Positions 61,101-64,000 of a stretch of DNA of 64,000 bases are shown here, piece by piece; position 1 is the first letter of the stretch, and every line of letters starts with the position of its first letter. The stretch comes from Macrostomum hystrix. Lineage: Eukaryota > Animalia > Platyhelminthes. The stretch lies in contig CATNEN010000039.1 of assembly GCA_950097015.1 (NCBI GenBank), positions 10,726,001 to 10,790,000 of the forward strand, written 5' to 3'. The translations under genes were made by a program, and so were the position numbers. Below the pieces are notes generated by a model that saw nothing but the letters and a program-made list of their open reading frames with translations, was not told the origin of the DNA and did not search any database.

Positions 61101-64000
61101 GCTGGGATAATTCAATGTGGGTGTGGCGTCCTCCCAGTCCATGGACTGAACAGCTGTATGCAGTCTTCAGATGTGCCACACAATAGCTGCGGCTGTGCTG
61201 TTGGCTGCACACCTGGCCTGATTGGGGTAGGTATAATCAATTATTATTATTATTATTAATATATAGTTTTCAGATTCCTAGGACAGTGGAACCAAGCTGT
61301 CAAACAGTTTTTTTCAAGTTTAAAATAATTTAATTTAGTAAACTAAGATTATGCCATCCATTTACCTTGGCATATTTTTTGCCAAAAATGTATAGTAGGC
61401 TGTGTTTTCAGCTAGGGTTTAGCTACATACATTTAGTATTACAAATTACAACATACTTTAGGTCATGGACACTTGTTCAAAGTAATATATTTTACGCCTT
61501 GAAACAAGTATTGTATGTAATTGTTAGCATAGCTAGCAAACTCAACTAGGCTAACTGTTGTATGCCAGCCAGGCTGCATAAAGATCAATTGTATTTTAGA
61601 GATCTGCGTATAATGTAAATTTGGCACTATAAGTTGTAATTCAGAGTGACAAATAAAATATTGATGTGCCATAGTGTGTGCCAAAAAACCCAGTCTGTTC
61701 ATCACCTGGATATGTATTCAAGACAAAATACATTGTTAGCTATGCTTTTTTCATTAATTAAAGCAAGAAATTGTACAATGGCACTAGAGCTTGTCAGGGG
61801 ATAATTAATACACAATGCTGCAAAACTTCTTTTTCATTCCAGATTCTGACGAGCTCATGTCTGGCATACGGAGCAATGTTGGTCGAGCTGAGAGCATGAG
61901 AACTGGCGCTGTGAGTTTAGTAGCGTTTATATTATATACAGTTTTTTGTAGTACTGTAATGTTCTATTAACCTCTTGCTTTGTTCTAAAGTCGCTACTTA
62001 TAAGTAGTACGTATAGCGTTTTCGGAAAAAAAGACTACTAAAATATTAAAAGTGCTATTGTTCCAAAGTACCGTTTTCTTATGTACAAGTTGGGTATTAT
62101 ATAAAGCTAAAACTGACTGGCCACACTGGACACAAAACTGACTGGCTGTTTTTATTTGAACCAACTAAAAAATAAGCAAAAAATCCCGGACACTACTCGA
62201 TGGTTGTGCTATCTTTAATTTCGCATCATGGAATACTAATAATAGCAATAATTGATTGAATTGATTACACCTGCCCAATCGGATCAAAAGTGCAGCCGCA
62301 GCTATTGCGCGCCGCATCTGAAGGCTGCGTACAGCTGTTCAGTCCATGGACTGGGGGACGCCACACCCACCCTCAATTACCACAGCTTAGTGCTAGCAGC
62401 TGCATAAATTGAATAATTTTTTAGTTAATTATCTTGCTAAAGGACACAAATTGTTTTGGTTGAGTCGGAAATCGAATCCCCGATCTTCAAGTCGTGAGTC
62501 CAATGCCCTAGGCTACAACCCTGTTATTTAAAGTATATCTTGAAAATAAAATGTCTGTTTTTAATTATTTGCCTAATTATTGGAGCTCTCCTTACTTTTT
62601 TAAATTAAAACTAGATACCATAACTATTAATAAATTTTATTATCTTTCTTCCTGTCCTTACATGAGAAAAATTAGTACTTTTAGCAAATGCTTCAGAGCG
62701 GATTTCGCACGCATTGGCAGCGTGACTTGGCTGGAGAATTACTTGAATGAAACCGAGAGAGAGACCCGAGGGGTTTCCCAGCTCCTACGCCAAGCTAAGC
62801 GCATTCATTCATTCATTTATAAGAGCTAATTTTAGCTACTCTAAGTCGTGTCACGCGGCCGTTGCGTGTTAGCCTTATTTCAGCGCCATACTCCGTTTAC
62901 GTTAACCACTTTGTTCTGGTTCTAGCCGGGTTCTCTCAATCTTCTCTCTCTTTAATGGTGGGCCCAATTTTATATTCCGCACTATAGACTTTGCGCCCTG
63001 AATTGATCTCTGGCAATTCTTCTTCAGCGTGTTCCACCCAGCGTTCAGTTGTTGCACTTTAGCCGGACAATTAAGGGTCTGGAAAATGTGTGGCATTTTC
63101 AGTTACGGCGATTTTATTAACCTGTAAATCTGCAACTTAACGATTGTCTCACGGGCCCAGAAGTAAAATTAATAGGAATTTTGAAATATGGAACTACAAT
63201 CAGGGATATGGGATTTAGATCAGTGATGTGGAATTATCAACCATGGATTGGGTCTAGCGATCAGGGATGTGGAACTATCCACCAGGGATATGAAACTTAC
63301 GATCATGAATAAGGAACTATCGATCAATGATAAATAACTTTTGATGAGGGGTAAAGAACTTTCGATTGAGGATAAGGAGCTATCTATCAAGTATATGAAA
63401 CTATCTATGCTGGTGCTGTGTTGAGCATGTATAATATTCTCGGTTACCCTCAGTCGCTGGACACTGAGTCACTGAGCGGCGCGCCCTCGCCCGCCGGCAG
63501 CGGAGGCGGCGGCAATGCCAACGCAAAAGTACAGCTCGGCTTTGCCAACCTGCCGGATCAGATGCACCGCAAGGCCGTGAAGAAGGGCTTCAATTTCACC
63601 CTGATGGTTGTTGGCGAGAGCGGCTTGGGCAAAAGCACCCTTATCAGCAGCCTGTTCCAGCAGGACCTGTACAAAGACCGCGAACTAGGCAGCGTCACGG
63701 AGCGGGTGAACAAGACCACTGAGATTGATAAGCGATGCATTGAACTGGACGAGAAAGGCGTCAAGCTCCGGCTGACTGTGGTTGACACGCCCGGCTTCAA
63801 CGATGCCATCAACTGTCAGGACTGCTGGCGACCAATTGAAGACTACATTGACAACACCTTTGAGCAGTACTTCAAGGACGAATGCGGCCTAAATAGGAAG
63901 AACATTGTGGATCATCGGGTTCACTGCTGCCTGTATTTTATTAGCCCGTGCGGTCACGGACTCAGGCCTATAGATGTTGAACTGATGCGTCGACTGCACT
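58190..64000 (+). CDS. Septin, probably SEPT2 group; runs off the window end
   Basis: Main exon 63454 to beyond 64000: [34 protein letters not shown] (P-loop), [30 protein letters not shown]. Phase-compatible small 5' exons at 58190-58238 ([16 protein letters not shown]) and 61843-61910 are inferred with lower confidence. This gene is absent from the ORF track. Confidence 0.9.
60950..61258 (+). mobile_element. CORE-like tRNA SINE (family B), full-length
   Basis: tRNA-like head (tagcctagtggttagggc...ttcgattcc). Central gtgtcctttagcaagacacttgactct..cttcagttcacccagctgttaaatggg resembles the MIR CORE consensus. (ATT)n tail. Confidence 0.85.
62240..62520 (-). mobile_element. CORE-like tRNA SINE (family B), internally rearranged
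   Basis: Near-identical blocks with 48415-48725 (gcatctgaaggctgcgtacagctgttcagtccatggactgggggacgccacaccc; cttcaagtcgtgagtcc). Confidence 0.8.
63195..63410. repeat. Degenerate repeat of about 21 bp, GATCAGGGATRTGGAACTAT, before the septin exon
   Basis: Decayed tandem units visible. Confidence 0.65.

Noticed and set aside
63558-63812. Minus-strand 84-aa ORF and other antisense ORFs over GC-rich exons (e.g. 18350-19105, 45881-46549)
   Set aside because: Shadows of the real genes on the opposite strand.

Overview
Eukaryotic (animal) genomic DNA with GC-rich exons, AT-rich introns, polyQ tracts and a different minisatellite in most large introns. The style resembles a free-living flatworm such as Macrostomum (inference, not verified). 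I reconstructed spliced genes by hand from GT-AG sites and reading-frame phase. In order: the 3' end of a Cys-loop ligand-gated anion channel (+), an intermediate filament gene (+), SNAPC3/SNAP50 (-), SNAPC4/SNAP190 (-), a casein kinase 1-like kinase (-), an uncharacterised four-repeat protein (+), PPIP5K/VIP1 (+), a beta-lactamase-fold protein with degenerate catalytic motifs (-), and the 5' part of a septin (+). Interspersed elements are two tRNA-derived SINE families (one with a CORE-like domain), a hAT/Charlie-type MITE carrying a minisatellite, and a second MITE. Main points of interest: two subunits of the snRNA/SL-RNA transcription complex SNAPc are encoded in tandem about 1.2 kb apart (possible trans-spliced operon), and intron-specific minisatellites often start or end exactly at splice sites. 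Most long ORFs in the supplied track are artefacts of these repeats.
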